A stretch of 64,000 nucleotides of DNA, from contig OX597820.1 in assembly GCA_951406725.2 (NCBI GenBank), positions 116,188,001 through 116,252,000 of the forward strand, read 5' to 3'. Positions 11,723 to 24,792 of the stretch are shown in pieces. The translations under genes and the position numbers were made by a program. Origin of the DNA: Octopus vulgaris (lineage: Eukaryota). Within the stretch, counting starts at the first letter, position 1, and every line of letters begins with the position of its first letter. The notes below the pieces were generated by a model that searched no databases, was not told the DNA's origin, and saw only the letters and a list, made by a program, of their open reading frames with translations.

Positions 11723-14174
11723 TTACTCTTTACTCTTTTACTTGTTTCAGTCATTTGACTGTGGCCATGCTGGAGCACCACCTTTAGTCGTGCAAATCGA
11801 CCCCAAGACTTATTCTTTGTAAGCCCAGTACTTATTCTATTGGTCTTGTTTGCCGAACTGCTAAGTTACGGGGACGTAAACACACCAGCATCGGTTGTCA
11901 AGCAATGGTGGGGGGACAAACACAGACACACAAACATATACACATACACACATATATATATACATATATGACAGGCTTCTTTCAGTTTCCATCTACCAAA
12001 TCCACTCACAAGGCTTTGATTAGCCTGAAGCTATAGTAGAATACACTTGCCCAAGGTGCCACGCAGTGGGCATGAACCCGGAACCATGTGGTTTGTAAGC
12101 AAGCTACTTTATTTTATCGAATTTGCCATAAAGGCAGTACATAGAGTATGGTAGCTTGCGGGCTGGATAAGGACAGTAATGAGGTGAATGATGATGATAC
12201 AAGGATGATAAGGATGGGAGAAGACAAAAAGCACCCGCCGACTTTTGCTTCTCTAAAACATTGTTTTTTTTTTTTAAAAAAATACTAACTGAGGTATTAA
12301 ACCTCTTACAATATTGTTACACTTTTATGGGCAAAAATGTCCATTACAATTGAAAACGATTACATCAATGAGTCTTTAATAAACTTTTTTGCCTTCTGCA
12401 GGCATTCCAGCAACCGCAAGTTGGGATCCTTTACACATGAGAGGAGTCCATCATGTGATAAAGGTTCCTTTCTTCCAGTACCTGAGCAGCCACCCGGAGG
12501 CCACCCTGGAAAACAAGTCGAGTCTATTAGGTCCCTGACTATCAAAGGAACTTTCTATATAGTTCTCTACAGACTCTCCCGAGATAGAAGATGACATGTT
12601 CTTCAACATTTCCACTGGGAGGGGCCTTCTTCTTCCTCACCTCTGGTGGCTCACGTTCTACCGAAGTGGTTTCGGAACATGCCGCCAGTGCACCAGCAAC
12701 CGCCGGCGATGTCCTGTTTTTCTTTCTTTTCTTTTTTTCCCCCTTTTTCGTGTTGGAAGAGTGAGGTTTGTCTGTAGATCCCTCCTTCCCTCCCGCCGCC
12801 ACGGGATCCATTGGTGGGCAACCATTGTTGTCCACCTTCTTTCTTTTTTTTTCTTTTCAAGGGGGTTACCTCCTCCTCAACTTTTTCTACAACTCCCTCC
12901 TTTATATGCTCCGGAAGCTCCGTTGGAGGAAAAACATCCTCCTCTATTAATTTTTCCAGTTCCCTTGCATGGCTGTTGGGGCACTTCCTCATGATGTGAC
13001 CCGATTCCAGGCACAGGTGACACTTGGGGGGGGGGGGGCGTCCCTCAAGAGTCACCGGATACCTAGAACCGGCCATCTTTAGAAAATCTGGGAAGACCAG
13101 ATCTTTGGCTGATTGGGTCCATAGGGTCAAAATTGCTTTCGACCCCACCCAATCAGCCACAGGAAGCATTCTAACATTCAAGACCCTGGCTCCGTTGCCA
13201 CCCAGACCCCGGCAGATAGTATCCTCTATCCACTCAGGCTCCATACCGGGTGGCAGCCCACTCACTCAGCCTAATGTCAATGTCCTCCTCCGATATGTGG
13301 AGAGAAACAAAATTTTTTCATCTTCCAGGGGCTGACTAGCAAACAAACTACCCTCTTTAGGGGTGTCAAACAGCAACCACACTGTTGTGAATTTGACACC
13401 CCTTGCAATATACTTGATAGTTGGTAGGTATTCTGCCAACTCTTTTTCAATTTCGTCCTGAGAGAACACAGTGATGGTGTCGAGTGACTTGGAGTATGTC
13501 CTCAACACCACCATTCTCTCATTTCGGCCCTCTATCCACTGCTTGGGGGGCACAATTTCCCACTCCAGCACAGTGTTCTTCTTTGTTGTCATGATTTAAA
13601 ACCACAAAGAAACAAAAAGAGTTCAACAAAAGTTCAAATGTTCTAAATAAAAGTTCAATAATAAACACAAAAAAAAAGAACGGAAAGACAGAGCAGAAAA
13701 AAAGAACGAAGGAAGACAGTTCAATCCATGGCAACACAATTCCGCGACTCCGTAATAATACAGGTACTCCAGTCGCAAAAATAGTCCTTCCTGCCTTGGT
13801 ACTCCTTGGTAATCCAGTGGAAATTCACAAACACAAAGACAATTTTCGCAAACAAATTAATTTTTTCAGAGGGGCTATGCCTCCTCAAGAACACAATTCT
13901 CACTGCAAAGTGAGTCTTTATGCACGACCACAGGCAGGCAAATGTCTGGAGCAGAGTGGAGAATGTTGCTCACCAAAAAATATTAAATACAAGGCAACAA
14001 ACTCCACTAAGCCCTCAAAAAAATACAACAAACGCCTATCTGTAGTCGAGCCTCAAAGTTCAATATTTCACGATGAAAGACGTGACATCAAGCAGCAAGA
14101 ACTCTCCGCCAAAAAGAGACGTCCGTCTACAACAAACTTTAGCTAGCTACTTACCACACAGCCACTCCTACGCC
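11723..14174 (-). mobile_element. Nin-domain-like tRNA SINE split by a 2-kb insertion (SINE parts 11723-12109 and 14145-14174)
   Basis: The SINE consensus aagcaagctacttaccacacagccactcc is interrupted exactly at agctactt. Confidence 0.9.
12110..14144 (-). mobile_element. ORF1-only L1/Tx1-like non-LTR element (half-L1-like)
   Basis: 8-bp TSD AGCTACTT (12102-12109 and 14145-14152). ~550-bp 5' UTR. Disrupted ORF 13592-12360 with CCHC knuckle CHLCLESGHIMRKC. ~250-bp 3' UTR with an A-rich end. No EN or RT sequence. Confidence 0.8.
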
Positions 14175-14776
14175 TTTATTAACTTTAGATAAATAACTTA
14201 GCATTATTTAACTTTGTATCAGTTGTTGGAGTATGTATTTTTATAGTTGGATAACCTTAATACTGACAACCCAACCATGAAACTTCTTTTCAGCTTGGGT
14301 GAATGAAATAAACAGAATAAATGATTTGTTTTTTTTTACAAAGCACAGGTCTAACTAAGTCAAGAATCCAATAGCTTTTAACATTTTACTATTTAGTCAC
14401 TGCATACTTTGGTAGAATTAAAAATTAAGATTTTTTTTTAAGAGTGGGTATACTACAGAACGAGACGGTTTGGCACAGTTGTTTGGATGCAGATGATTTG
14501 ACAAAACCGATTGGACATTCAGCCTATTTTGGTGACCATACCCTTTAACAATGGAAACAAACATACACTTACACAGACATAGACACATACTGATAGAAAG
14601 AGCAGGAGGGAGAGAATGAGAGAAACATTGAAATGTCTAATTTCAAACAAGTCTGCAGCAACTCAGTAATACCAGGTAAGTGGTGCCAAAACAGCTGATA
14701 CTTGGGTAAATGTGATCCTGGAACATGTCAAGAGTATGTCCTTACTATGCTTTTGGCATTTTGTTTTTTTTGACAG

Positions 14777-14875
14777 GCTGTCTTTAAACAGCACCAGAAG
14801 TTGTGTCAGCAGAACTCTTTGGTTCAACAACAGAAGCTGATGACTCTTCATGAACTTCATGAACAATTCTGTAAG
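14777..14875 (+). CDS. SYCP3: SYCP3 exon 6 (AVFKQHQKLCQQNSLVQQQKLMTLHELHEQFCK)
   Basis: Polypyrimidine tract + acag acceptor; AAG|gtaac donor; phase 0/0; coiled-coil homology. Confidence 0.95.
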
Positions 14876-14927
14876 GTAACTATCGATAGTCTTTTCTTTT
14901 GCTTTCAGTTTGATTTTTAAGCATATT

Positions 14928-15420
14928 TACTCTCTCTTTTACTCTTTTACTTGTTTCAGTCATCTGACTGCGGCCATGCTGGAGCACCGCATTTAGTCGA
15001 GCAAATCGACCCTGGGACTTATTCTATCAGTCTCTTTTTGCCGAACCGCTAAGTGACGGAGATGTAAGCACACCAGCATCGGTTGTCAAGCAATGCTAGG
15101 GGTACAAACACAGACACACAAACATATATATACACGAGCTGGCAGAAATATATACGGTTTTCTCTGTTACGTTTGAGTTCAAATTCCGCCCAGGTCGACT
15201 TTGCCTTTCATCCTTTCGGTCGATAAATTAAGGACCAGTTACGCACTGGGACAGGCTGTTCTTGTCTTTCAGTTTCCGTCTACCAAATCCACTCACAAGG
15301 CATTGGTCGGCCCGGGGCTATAGCAGAAGACACTTGCCCAAGATGCTACGCAGTGGGACTGAACCCGGAACCATGTGGTTGGTTAGCAAGCTACTTACCA
15401 CACAGCCACTCCTGCGCCTA
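14928..15420 (-). mobile_element. Nin-domain-like SINE with a Meta-type SINE fragment nested in its TA tract (~15135-15250, +)
   Basis: Both consensus sequences are recognisable. Confidence 0.85.
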
Positions 15421-15696
15421 TTTGGCCATTATTTCTGCAAAGAGACTCGTCTGTTGGCTGATAGCTTTTCTAATGTTAATCTAGTGTTTGCTTATTAGAA
15501 TCTAATGTTATTATCCATTTAATAGCAAAATTCAAATATCAATACCTTGTTAGGCAACATGAGGTCCAGGGACAGTCTCTGATGGGTTGATATCAAAAGT
15601 GTTAAATCCGAGTGCGACCGTGTTATTACATTAGTTTCCACATGGCATTACTGGGTTTCTATTGTCACAGACAGAATTATAACAAATTATTTCCAG

Positions 15697-15801
15697 GGGT
15701 TGAAAGATTTGGAAAGAAACCACCAAGAACAACAGTCAACAGTACTGTCAGAGTTAAAGAAAGAAATGGCTTTGTTACAGAAGAGAATATTAATGGATAC
15801 A
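15697..15801 (+). CDS. SYCP3: SYCP3 exon 7 (GLKDLERNHQEQQSTVLSELKKEMALLQKRILMDT)
   Basis: ttccag acceptor; gtaagt donor; ELKKEMALLQK.I.M.T conserved. Confidence 0.97.
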
Positions 15802-17540
15802 GTAAGTAGACATCTTTCTTATCGTTGACAATATTTTCTGAGAGGGAATAGAGAAACCTGAACATTTACGAATCTTCTCATCATTGATGTTTGATCTCTT
15901 TCCTTACCTGTGCTTGGGCCGCATAAAAAGCACTTTTTATGCGGCCCAGGCACAGGTAAGGTCTTTAACTGCTCTTTCATAGTGCAGTTGGTATTAAAAC
16001 TCACAATTGTATGTCTGTCTAGGTCTGAACGTAACTCATAATTTTGGCTCTTTTATATAAGAATGTGTTTCTAATTGTATAATTTCTGTATAAGTGGGTT
16101 GATAGCATAATTTGTGAAGTTTTTTCTTAACAAGACCACAATAGCATGAGACAGTCTATATTAATGTTTATAACGATGATTAATACTATGTAGTCATTTA
16201 TCTCATCTATTTACCACTGTTAATTTACATAAGTCAAAATCTGAACTTCTTTAGTTTTTTTCGTGTTGTATTTGCAAAAAAAAAAATCTTTAAATTTCTC
16301 ATAAATAAATATTAGGATATCTTGTTTACATCATAAGAATTTAGAAACTTTGAGAGATGTGAAATAATTCATTTTTAACGGTTGAACTCGAAGCTTCTAA
16401 GAAAAGAGAAAATATATTTAATATTGATCTGTGGAGATCAATAAGTGTTTTAAGGGCTGGGGGTTCAATAAAAGGTTACATTCATGAAGATTGATTGTAA
16501 TTTAAATGTTATAATACTCAACAAATGGCAACTACTTGGTGTTGTGGCACAATGTGCCATCCTTTTTGTTTTTCTAGACATTTTCTAGGCATTATGGTGT
16601 AGTTTAAGGAAGATTTGGTTGCTATTAACTCGCAGGTTGATAGACCATGTAAAGGTTTTGTGTGTGCTGTTTTTATAGAGACAGCCAGCAATACAGGCTT
16701 TGACTGGTTAAAATATATTTTAAATACTTGTGATTTTTTTATTTTCATCATCATCATTTAATATCCATTGTCCAAGCTGGCATGGGATGGACAGTTTGAC
16801 TGGGGCTGCCAAGTTGGAAGGCTACACCAGACTCCAGTTTGATTTGGCATGGTTTCTATGGCTGGATGCCCTTCCTAACGCCAACCGCTCTGAGGGTGTA
16901 ATGGGTGCTTTTATGTGCCACTGGTATGGGTGCCATTTGAGTGACACCGGTATCTGCCACAACTGCGATTTTGCTTGGCTTGATGGGTCTTCTCAAGCAT
17001 GACATAGTGTCAGAGGTTTTGGTCATTGCCTCTGTGAGGCCCAACATTTGAAAGGAGCTTCAATGGTCTCAGTCATTGCCTTCCCTGTGGCCCAACACTC
17101 GAAAGGAGTTCAGCCACTTTTCCCCCGTGAAGCCCAACGCTCAAAAGGTGCCAGTTACGTGGCACCAGCATCAATTAATTTCTAAAAAAGAAAACAAAAT
17201 TGTATGAAATTTTTACCATTAAGCAAAACTAGATCAGAAGTACACTTTTAAAAGTAGTATAGTGAAAATTTTAAAAATCTTAATTGATTGGAAGAAATTT
17301 AACAATATCTAACTTCAGAAACTTCAAAGGAGTACTTTCGTCCAATGGTAGAACATCTGTCATGTTTATAGAAAATTTGGGTTTGAGTCCCACAGGCAGC
17401 TTTTGACTTTTTCCATCCAATATTTACATGCTATTATTTATAGCTTTATCTACTTTGAGTTGAACCAACAAAGAATGAATTATAATGATATATAACACTA
17501 ATGCATTTATTATAATGATATAATTCTTTCTTTCCCGCAG

Positions 17541-17594
17541 CAACAACAAGAAATGGCTAATGTTCGCAAATCTCTTCAGTCTATGCTGTTTTGA
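17541..17594 (+). CDS. SYCP3: SYCP3 terminal exon (QQQEMANVRKSLQSMLF*)
   Basis: Diagnostic CM2 C-terminus VRKSLQSMLF followed by TGA. Summed CDS is 678 nt (225 aa). ATTAAA at ~17632. Confidence 0.98.
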   Translation, partial: QQQEMANVRKSLQSMLF

Positions 17595-18259
17595 TGTATT
17601 GAGTAAAACAGTGCCTTAAACATTTCAACTTCATTAAATTAACTGTTCATTTCACTTTTGTTAATTATAATCATCCTTCTAATATTATATATTTTATTCA
17701 ATAGAATTAAATATATTGGAGCAATGATTTGAGTGTGTTTATTCTCAGTGTAACTCTGTTGTGAGTGAAGAAATATTAGAATGAAAAGGACTTCACACCT
17801 TTGAACATTTTATATCATCGCTGTATTCTAGCTTCAACTCACACTTTGGTCAGCTTTAACTTTCATCCCTCAAGGCTCAATGAAACGAACATCAAAAACA
17901 GGGAGAAGAGAAAGATGTTCTTCGCTCTCTGGCTGAGTTCTAAAGGTTAAAAGAACAACACTTGTTTGAGCTGTTGAATGAAAAGACATGAAATTAGTGG
18001 CTTGTTTTACTGGCTAATACAGCTATGTTCTTGACACATGGATCAGTAGTAGATCTGTATAACTACTCAGCTTAAGACACTCAGTACAATAACTGTATAT
18101 TGAAACCATTCACAAAGGTTGAAGATATCCACAGTTACTGGGTAATTGGGTAAATTTGACAGTTTGCATAAAAAGAAACAAAACAATATCCCATCCAAAC
18201 AAAAAATATATTAAAAAAATATCAACTAGATAACAATTTACTCAAAGTAGCTAGCCTCA

Positions 18260-18960
18260 ACTTCCACTATGGCTCCAGAACTTGGTGTGTGCATTTCTCA
18301 CAATATCCCTGGGAAGTACTTCAAATACCTCCTTGAACTTGGTCACCATTTTGGCCTTGCTGTTGCAGGCAGAGCAGTGGGTGACTCTTTCAATCACACC
18401 CACATATAGTAATCCATGGGATTACAAATGGGGGAATTAGGAGGCCAGAAATTGGTGAAGTCATACAAATTCTCTGGCAACTAGTTTTGACTCTTTCCAG
18501 TGGTATGGCAAGGAGCCGAATCCTACTGACACACACATGACCTTCCAGCAGCTTCACATAGCCATCTGAATTGAGCTAAGATGTAGGATGGCATGATGTC
18601 ACCCTCACTGGAGTCACACCCAAGGACCATCTCTCTGCTGGCCTGGGCCTCATAGTCTCCACTGCAGCCATCCATGTCATGTCTTACATTCGTTACAGTG
18701 TTCCCAGAACATTGAGCAGCAGTCATGATGGTGTTTAGATACCAGGTATAAATCATCGTTATACAGGTAACTCTTTTCCAATATTCAGATGGCTTCCCAT
18801 CTTCCTGCTAACTTTTTCTCAACCACAACTAATCTTTGTTCTCCAAAATCTCTGGCTGTTCACTAACAAACACATCAAGCTGTTCCTATAAAAAAGAAGC
18901 ATTAAAAATCATCGAATTTAGCCCAAACACCCAGTACATTTTATTTGGGGTGACAGTATT
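18260..18960 (-). mobile_element. Tc1/mariner-superfamily transposase relic
   Basis: Minus strand reads Q*DSAP (~18510-18530) and FWPPNSP..CNPMDYY.W (~18400-18450), matching the QQDxAP and WPxxSPDLNPxD motifs; disrupted. Confidence 0.75.
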
Positions 18961-19560
18961 TTTATACCCAGTAATGTATGCATTTTCTTACCTCGTAGCT
19001 AACTAGCTCCCACCAGTTTCACATTTACTTTCAATATCGCAACTTATGTTGATAAAGGACAAAGCAGAGGAGCTTAACCTAAGCCTAAATATCCAAATAT
19101 AGTTTAATAACGTGGTCTTATTATCAATACTGATAAGATGAAAATACTTATGAATAGTGGTACTTGTTACATTAGCTCAAGTACAAGTAAAGAAGGTTAC
19201 TGTATTTAAATAAGTTATATCAGGCACCACTAAATATCATGAATAGAACAGGCTTTTGTCTCCTTAATTGGTATGTTTAGAGACAACAGAACATTAGATT
19301 CATTATTGTCTACTTCTTTATGCATTCATGGTTTGAATGGAGTTTATTGAAGCAGATTTTCTATGGCCAAATACCCTTCATGTTGCCAACCTGTTTCAAA
19401 GTAAGGTAATTCTTTACTCCATGCCAGACATGTTCACACAGAATACTGGAAATGGATGACACTGCTTGTATCATGGTGCTTTACAGTGTGCTGAGGATTT
19501 ACGACTATTGTGCAATGTAAAGACATGGAGACATCAACACATACGTACAATAGGTTTTTT

Positions 19561-19851
19561 GTCATGTTATTTACATTTGACGGATATTTGTCCTCATCTT
19601 GTTTGTTGTTTACACAATGTTTCGGCTGATGTACCCTCCAGGTGTCTTGGGGAAATTTCGAACTTGGGTTCTCATTCCTAAGTTATCAGGTCACTGCCTG
19701 GAATGGAACTTGGAATACCATAACAAGACACCTGATGAAGGCTGGAAGGTATATCAGCCGAAACGTGTTAACAACAAACAAGATGAGGACAAATATCCAT
19801 CAAATGTAAATAACGTAAATAATTCCTCATCTCTTAAATATAGAACTGTAT
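19561..19851 (+). mobile_element. tRNA-derived/hammerhead-containing short element with inverted 5' arm (copy 1)
   Basis: 10-bp TSD TAGGTTTTTT (19551-60 and 19852-61). CTGATGA-aGGCTG..CAGCC-GAAAC at 19732-19764. The inverted arm 19561-19716 includes the B-box part of the tRNA head. Confidence 0.75.
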
Positions 19852-21684
19852 TAGGTTTTTTCCAGTTTCCATCTATCAAATCATTTGGTCAAGATGCCAT
19901 GCAACAGGATTGAACCTGAAACCATTGGTTGGGAACTTAACAAGGCCATGCCTATGATTATGCTTCCAAAACCAGTATGACACCATAACAAGGAAATAAC
20001 TCCAGAGTGAATTGGTTAAAGCAGAACTCTTTCAAATGAGATCCTTTTGTTGAATTGTCTGAGATGAACCATATGCAGAATAACTGTGTCTGAAAAAGCA
20101 ATAGCATTAGTATGGCCATGTGAGTCAAACGAATAGTTCAGGGTTGCAATTTACACTGTTTGCATGAATATTTAGTGACAAGAATGCAAAGAACACAAGA
20201 GTTCTGAACACTTGTTTTCCATAATAGTTGTGTATAGAATTACTTATTCTTGCTTAGCTTTTGCTACAAATGTTTTCTCTCATTATCATTTAACGCCTGT
20301 CTTCCTTGCTGGCATGGGTTGGATGGTTTGACAGGAGCTGACAAGCTGGGGTGCTGTACCAGGCTCAAGTCATCTGTTTTCACATGGTTTCTACAGCTGG
20401 AAGCTCTTCCTAATGCCAACCACTTTACAGTGTGCTGGGGCTTTTTACATGGCTCAGTCACTATAGGACAGAGGGTGATTTGGCTGAATAATTTGAGTGT
20501 TGGACAGAATACCTGGCAGTATTCATCCCAGCTCTCTAAGTTCAGATTTTATCAAGGTCAACTTAGAATTTAATCCTTTTGGGGTTGATAAAATATCAGT
20601 CGCAAGACAGTGGGTTATCAGGATTATTAGAGCATTGGACAAGATGCTTTGTGAAACCTGCTCTCTCTCTTTGAGTTCTCAGTTCAAATTCTGCATGGTG
20701 CTGATGGTGAAGGTTAATCATCTGATCACAAGAGCACACTTTTCAGTCTACAATTGGCCAGCATGGACAGGCAGGCCTACAACCAGCTGAATAGAAACGG
20801 GGGACAAACAGATTAAAGTAAGAACAACAAGTTCATTACACACCAACATATTCATATCTCAACATGTAACTATGACTTTATTTTCCCAGTGGTATACGTC
20901 TGTTAGATACTGCTCAGGCCACCAGTACACAATTTATTCGTTGATATTTTCTTAAGATTTGCTTTTTCTTCTTCCTGTGATGATCATCATCATCGTTTAA
21001 CGTCTGCTTTCCATGCTAGCATGGGTTGGACGGTTCAACTGGGGTCTGGGAAGCCCGAAGGCTGCACCAGGCCAGTCAGATCTGGCAGTGTTTCTACAGC
21101 TGGATACCCTTCCTATCGCCAACCACTCCGTGAGTGTAGTGGGTGCTTTTTATGTGCCACCGACATACGTGCCAGACGAGGCTGGCGAATGGCTACGCTC
21201 GGATGGTGTTTTTTTATGTGCCACGGACACAGGTGCCAGACGAGGCTGGCGAACAGTTTTAATAATACTTTGAATAGTGAGTGTTTAGAATTGGTCTTAA
21301 AGTACTGCTTAAATATCTTATTTTTGTTTCAGTTATTAGACTGGCCATGCTGGGGCACCACCTTGAATTTTACTCAAATGAATTGACCTCAGTACTTATT
21401 TCTTTAAAGCTTGGTACATAGACTATTGGACTCTTTTGCCAAACTGCTAAGTTACAGGTATGTAAGCACCAACAGTGGCTGTCAAGTAGTAGTTGGGGAC
21501 AAACACAGACACCCACATAGATTTAGATATTAAGTTTTACACCATGTTTATTACAGGGACGAGCAAATGAATTAGGCAAGTTAAGCTTCAGCCAAAAAAA
21601 GGAAAAAAAAGACTTTTCAATAACAAAAAAATATATTTAACGAGTCAAATAATTTATTATATAAATACAAAATTTTGTACATTC

Positions 21685-21771
21685 TTATCTTCCACCGCCT
21701 CCACCACCACCTTGAGGATCAGAATTAGATGCTAACATCAACACAATCACAAATGGAACAATGTACATCCA
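21685..21771 (-). CDS. EMC10: ER membrane protein complex subunit 10, terminal exon 7 (WMYIVPFVIVLMLASNSDPQGGGGGGGR*)
   Basis: TM segment and Gly-rich tail diagnostic of EMC10; ttttttcag acceptor; TAA stop; AATAAA on the - strand at 21653-21658. Confidence 0.97.
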   Translation of the reverse strand, partial: WMYIVPFVIVLMLASNSDPQGGGGGGGR

Positions 21772-22121
21772 CTGAAAAAAGTAAAAGAAAGCAACTGTAT
21801 TTATTAATCAGTTTAATGTAGATGAAAGACCATCACCCTCTAATATCTGTTTTCCTTTACTGGCAGGCTTTGCACAGATGCCTTTCCTAATGCCAAAGAT
21901 TCTTTTGTCCTTTGCTTGTTCCAGTCAGTACACAACAGCCATGCTGGGGCACTGCTTCGAAGAATTTTTAGTTGACTGACTCGACCCCAGTACGTTATTT
22001 TGAAAGCCTGGTACCTACTCTTTCAGTCTCTTTTGCTGAACTGCTAAGCTAAGTTATGGAGATGTAAACACACCAACACTGGATGTCAAGCAGTGGTGGG
22101 GACAAATACACACACTATGTA

Positions 22122-22170
<49 letters not shown>

Positions 22171-23599
22171 GTCTTTCAGTTTCTCTCTACCAAATCCATT
22201 CACAAGGTTTTGGTTGGGCTGAGGCTATAGTAGAAAGCACCCAGTACACACTGTAAAATGGCTGGCATTAGGAAGGGCATCCAGCCATAGAAACCAAGCC
22301 AAAACAGACAATGGAACCTGGTGTAGGCCCTGGTCTTGCCAGTTCCTATCAAGCTGTCCAACCCATGCCAGCACGGAAAACAGATGTTAAATGTTGATAA
22401 TTTCATTATTTCCTTTATGATTAAATAGTATATTAGAATCATGTTTCACATATTAACAACCAACAAAAACAGTAATACTTAGACTTCCTAGACACGGGAT
22501 TAGAGGAATTAAAATGTGTGTTGAAAAAAAAAAAAAAAGACCTCAAGAAACATATGCACATAAATTAATCCACAGCTATAAACATATAATACATACTGCT
22601 GCTAAGCTGATAATAAAAAAAAGCAGATGAACTTTTGTAACGAGTTCATCTTAAATACTGGGCAGAACATGCAGTTCCATCAATAATTCCTAACTTATTT
22701 CTTCATTTAGAACTATCATGATGTTTTCACTGACAGAATTGATTGTTGCTAAAGAGACTCCCTATGTGGTCTGATCAACAAGCAGCAATCAATGACCTAT
22801 ATATATATTTTTTTTTGTATCAGGAATGTTTTATTATAGGAACTTCCAAAGAGATCTCAATGTAGCAGTGACTAAACTGGTTTAATCAGGAATGTGTAGT
22901 GTTACAGGGAGCTCCAAGGAGACTTGTGTGTAACAGTAATAAAACTGGTTTTATCAGGAACTGTTGCTAAAGTAGCACAGTATTGGATGTTAGATCTTGA
23001 TTTCTAATAATTGTAGGCTATACACTGCTGTAATTCAATATCAACAACACAATCAGCCGGCTGACCAGTTTTTGCATTCGGTAAGGCTTTAGAGAAAACT
23101 GCAATGAAACACAAGTTGTATTAGAGCTAGAAATAAATTTAATTGACTATATTAATTGTTGTCATTTCTACCTTTATATATCTCTACCTTGGAGTCATTT
23201 CAAAGGTGTTATGTAATACCTCCTCAATTATTTTCCTACCAGCTTATATCATTATTTTCAACATTTGCAGTCTCTCACCTTCCTCTGCTCCATGTCCTAC
23301 TGAGGTAGCCAAGTATCTCTTTGATAGTAAGAGGGCTACCTCTGTCCCTCTATCATACGCTGATCTCTCGGTTCCACTCCCTCTCTCAGCTGAGAGGCCC
23401 TTGTCTTGTGAGCCTGTAGGTGCTGGAGCCACGTAAAAAGCACCCAGTGTACACTCTGTGAATTGTGTATTGGGCATGCCAAAACAGACAATTAGAGCCT
23501 GATGTAGCTCTCTAGCTTGTCAACTCCTGTCAAACTGTCCAACCGATACGAGGATGGAAAAATGGACGTTAGGTGATTTGATGATCCTATATACAATCA

Positions 23600-23800
23600 A
23601 GGTGGCGAGCTGGCAGAAACGTTAGCACACCGGGCGAAATGCGTAGCCGTATTTCGTCTGCCGTTACGTTCTGGGTTCAAATTCTGGTGAGGTCGACTTT
23701 GCCTTTCATCCTTTCGGGGTCGATAAATTAAGTACCAGTTACGCACTGGGGTTGATGTATCAACTTAATCCGTTTAGCCCCTTGTGGGTAGTAAAGAAAT
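23600..23800 (+). mobile_element. Meta-domain-like tRNA SINE (further copies ~38431-38665 +, 41180-41395 -, 46231-46461 +, 52170-52335 -, 62760-63105 -)
   Basis: Near-consensus ggtggcgagctggcagaaacgttagcac...ggtcgactttgcctttcatcctttcggggtcgataaattaagtacc. Confidence 0.9.
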
Positions 23801-24469
23801 ACATATACAATCTTTCTCTTTTTTACATGAGAAATATACTTCCATTCTATCCAACTTTTAAATACGTATTAGACACCCTTTAAATAATAAATAAATCGTT
23901 CTTCTTCCTTTAACTTCTAACATGTTTATTATACTCTAAGAACAGGAAGAACTTTTGTCAGCAAATATAATAGCAATTATAACTATTTACTTCTCATTTC
24001 AACAGGAATTATATCAACTTATAAGGATTCATAAAAATAATCCTATATCTTTTACTCCTAGGTAATACATCTATTTAGTGTTTGATAAAATAGACATTAA
24101 GACAATTAGAGACTTTAAAGATAATAACAAATAGAAATTTGTTCTGAGACCAATATGTGTCGTTGCAATTGTTTCATTTTAGTGGTATTGACTGTTACTC
24201 CAATTAATTTTCTACTTTTCTTCTTATTAACCATTGCATTCACAATGTCATTTCTTATTAACCATCTTAACAGATTTTTGTAGTCTTTAACGTGAACACC
24301 CAACAGTTTGTCAACTTATATTAATGATTTAACCCTTTAGTATTTAATCCGGCCAAAATAGCTAATCTGTTTTATGTTCAAACTGACCAGATCCAGGCTC
24401 TCACACCTACCCTACAATGTTATTCTACATTAAGTAATTACACCATCAAGCTCTTGAAGATATGAGATA

Positions 24470-24792
24470 ATGCATTTTTAGAGAGTTATAGCCAAAATCT
24501 GGAAAAAAAATGATGGTAAATTTTTTTTTTAGTTAAAAAGGTCGAGTTGCGTCCCCTAGACAGTCTGTGGTTTGTGTTTCTGATTCTCGACCCCATGTCG
24601 AATTTATCGATTATTTTCAGAACTGGGGGAACTTTTCAAAATTTTCGCGGTGTTAGTTTTGAATTATGACATTAGGCTATGTGTGTGTCAAGTTTCATCA
24701 GAATCGGTTGAAAGCCGTGGTCAGGGTGAGGGTACAACCTAACAGACACACAGAAACACACACAGACAAACTGCCGTTTATATAGAGAGAGA
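24470..24792 (-). mobile_element. non-autonomous Helitron-like fragment
   Basis: The minus strand begins tctctctctatataaa...tctgtgtgtg and shares tggctataactctctaaaaatgc with the 27590 copy. Confidence 0.6.
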
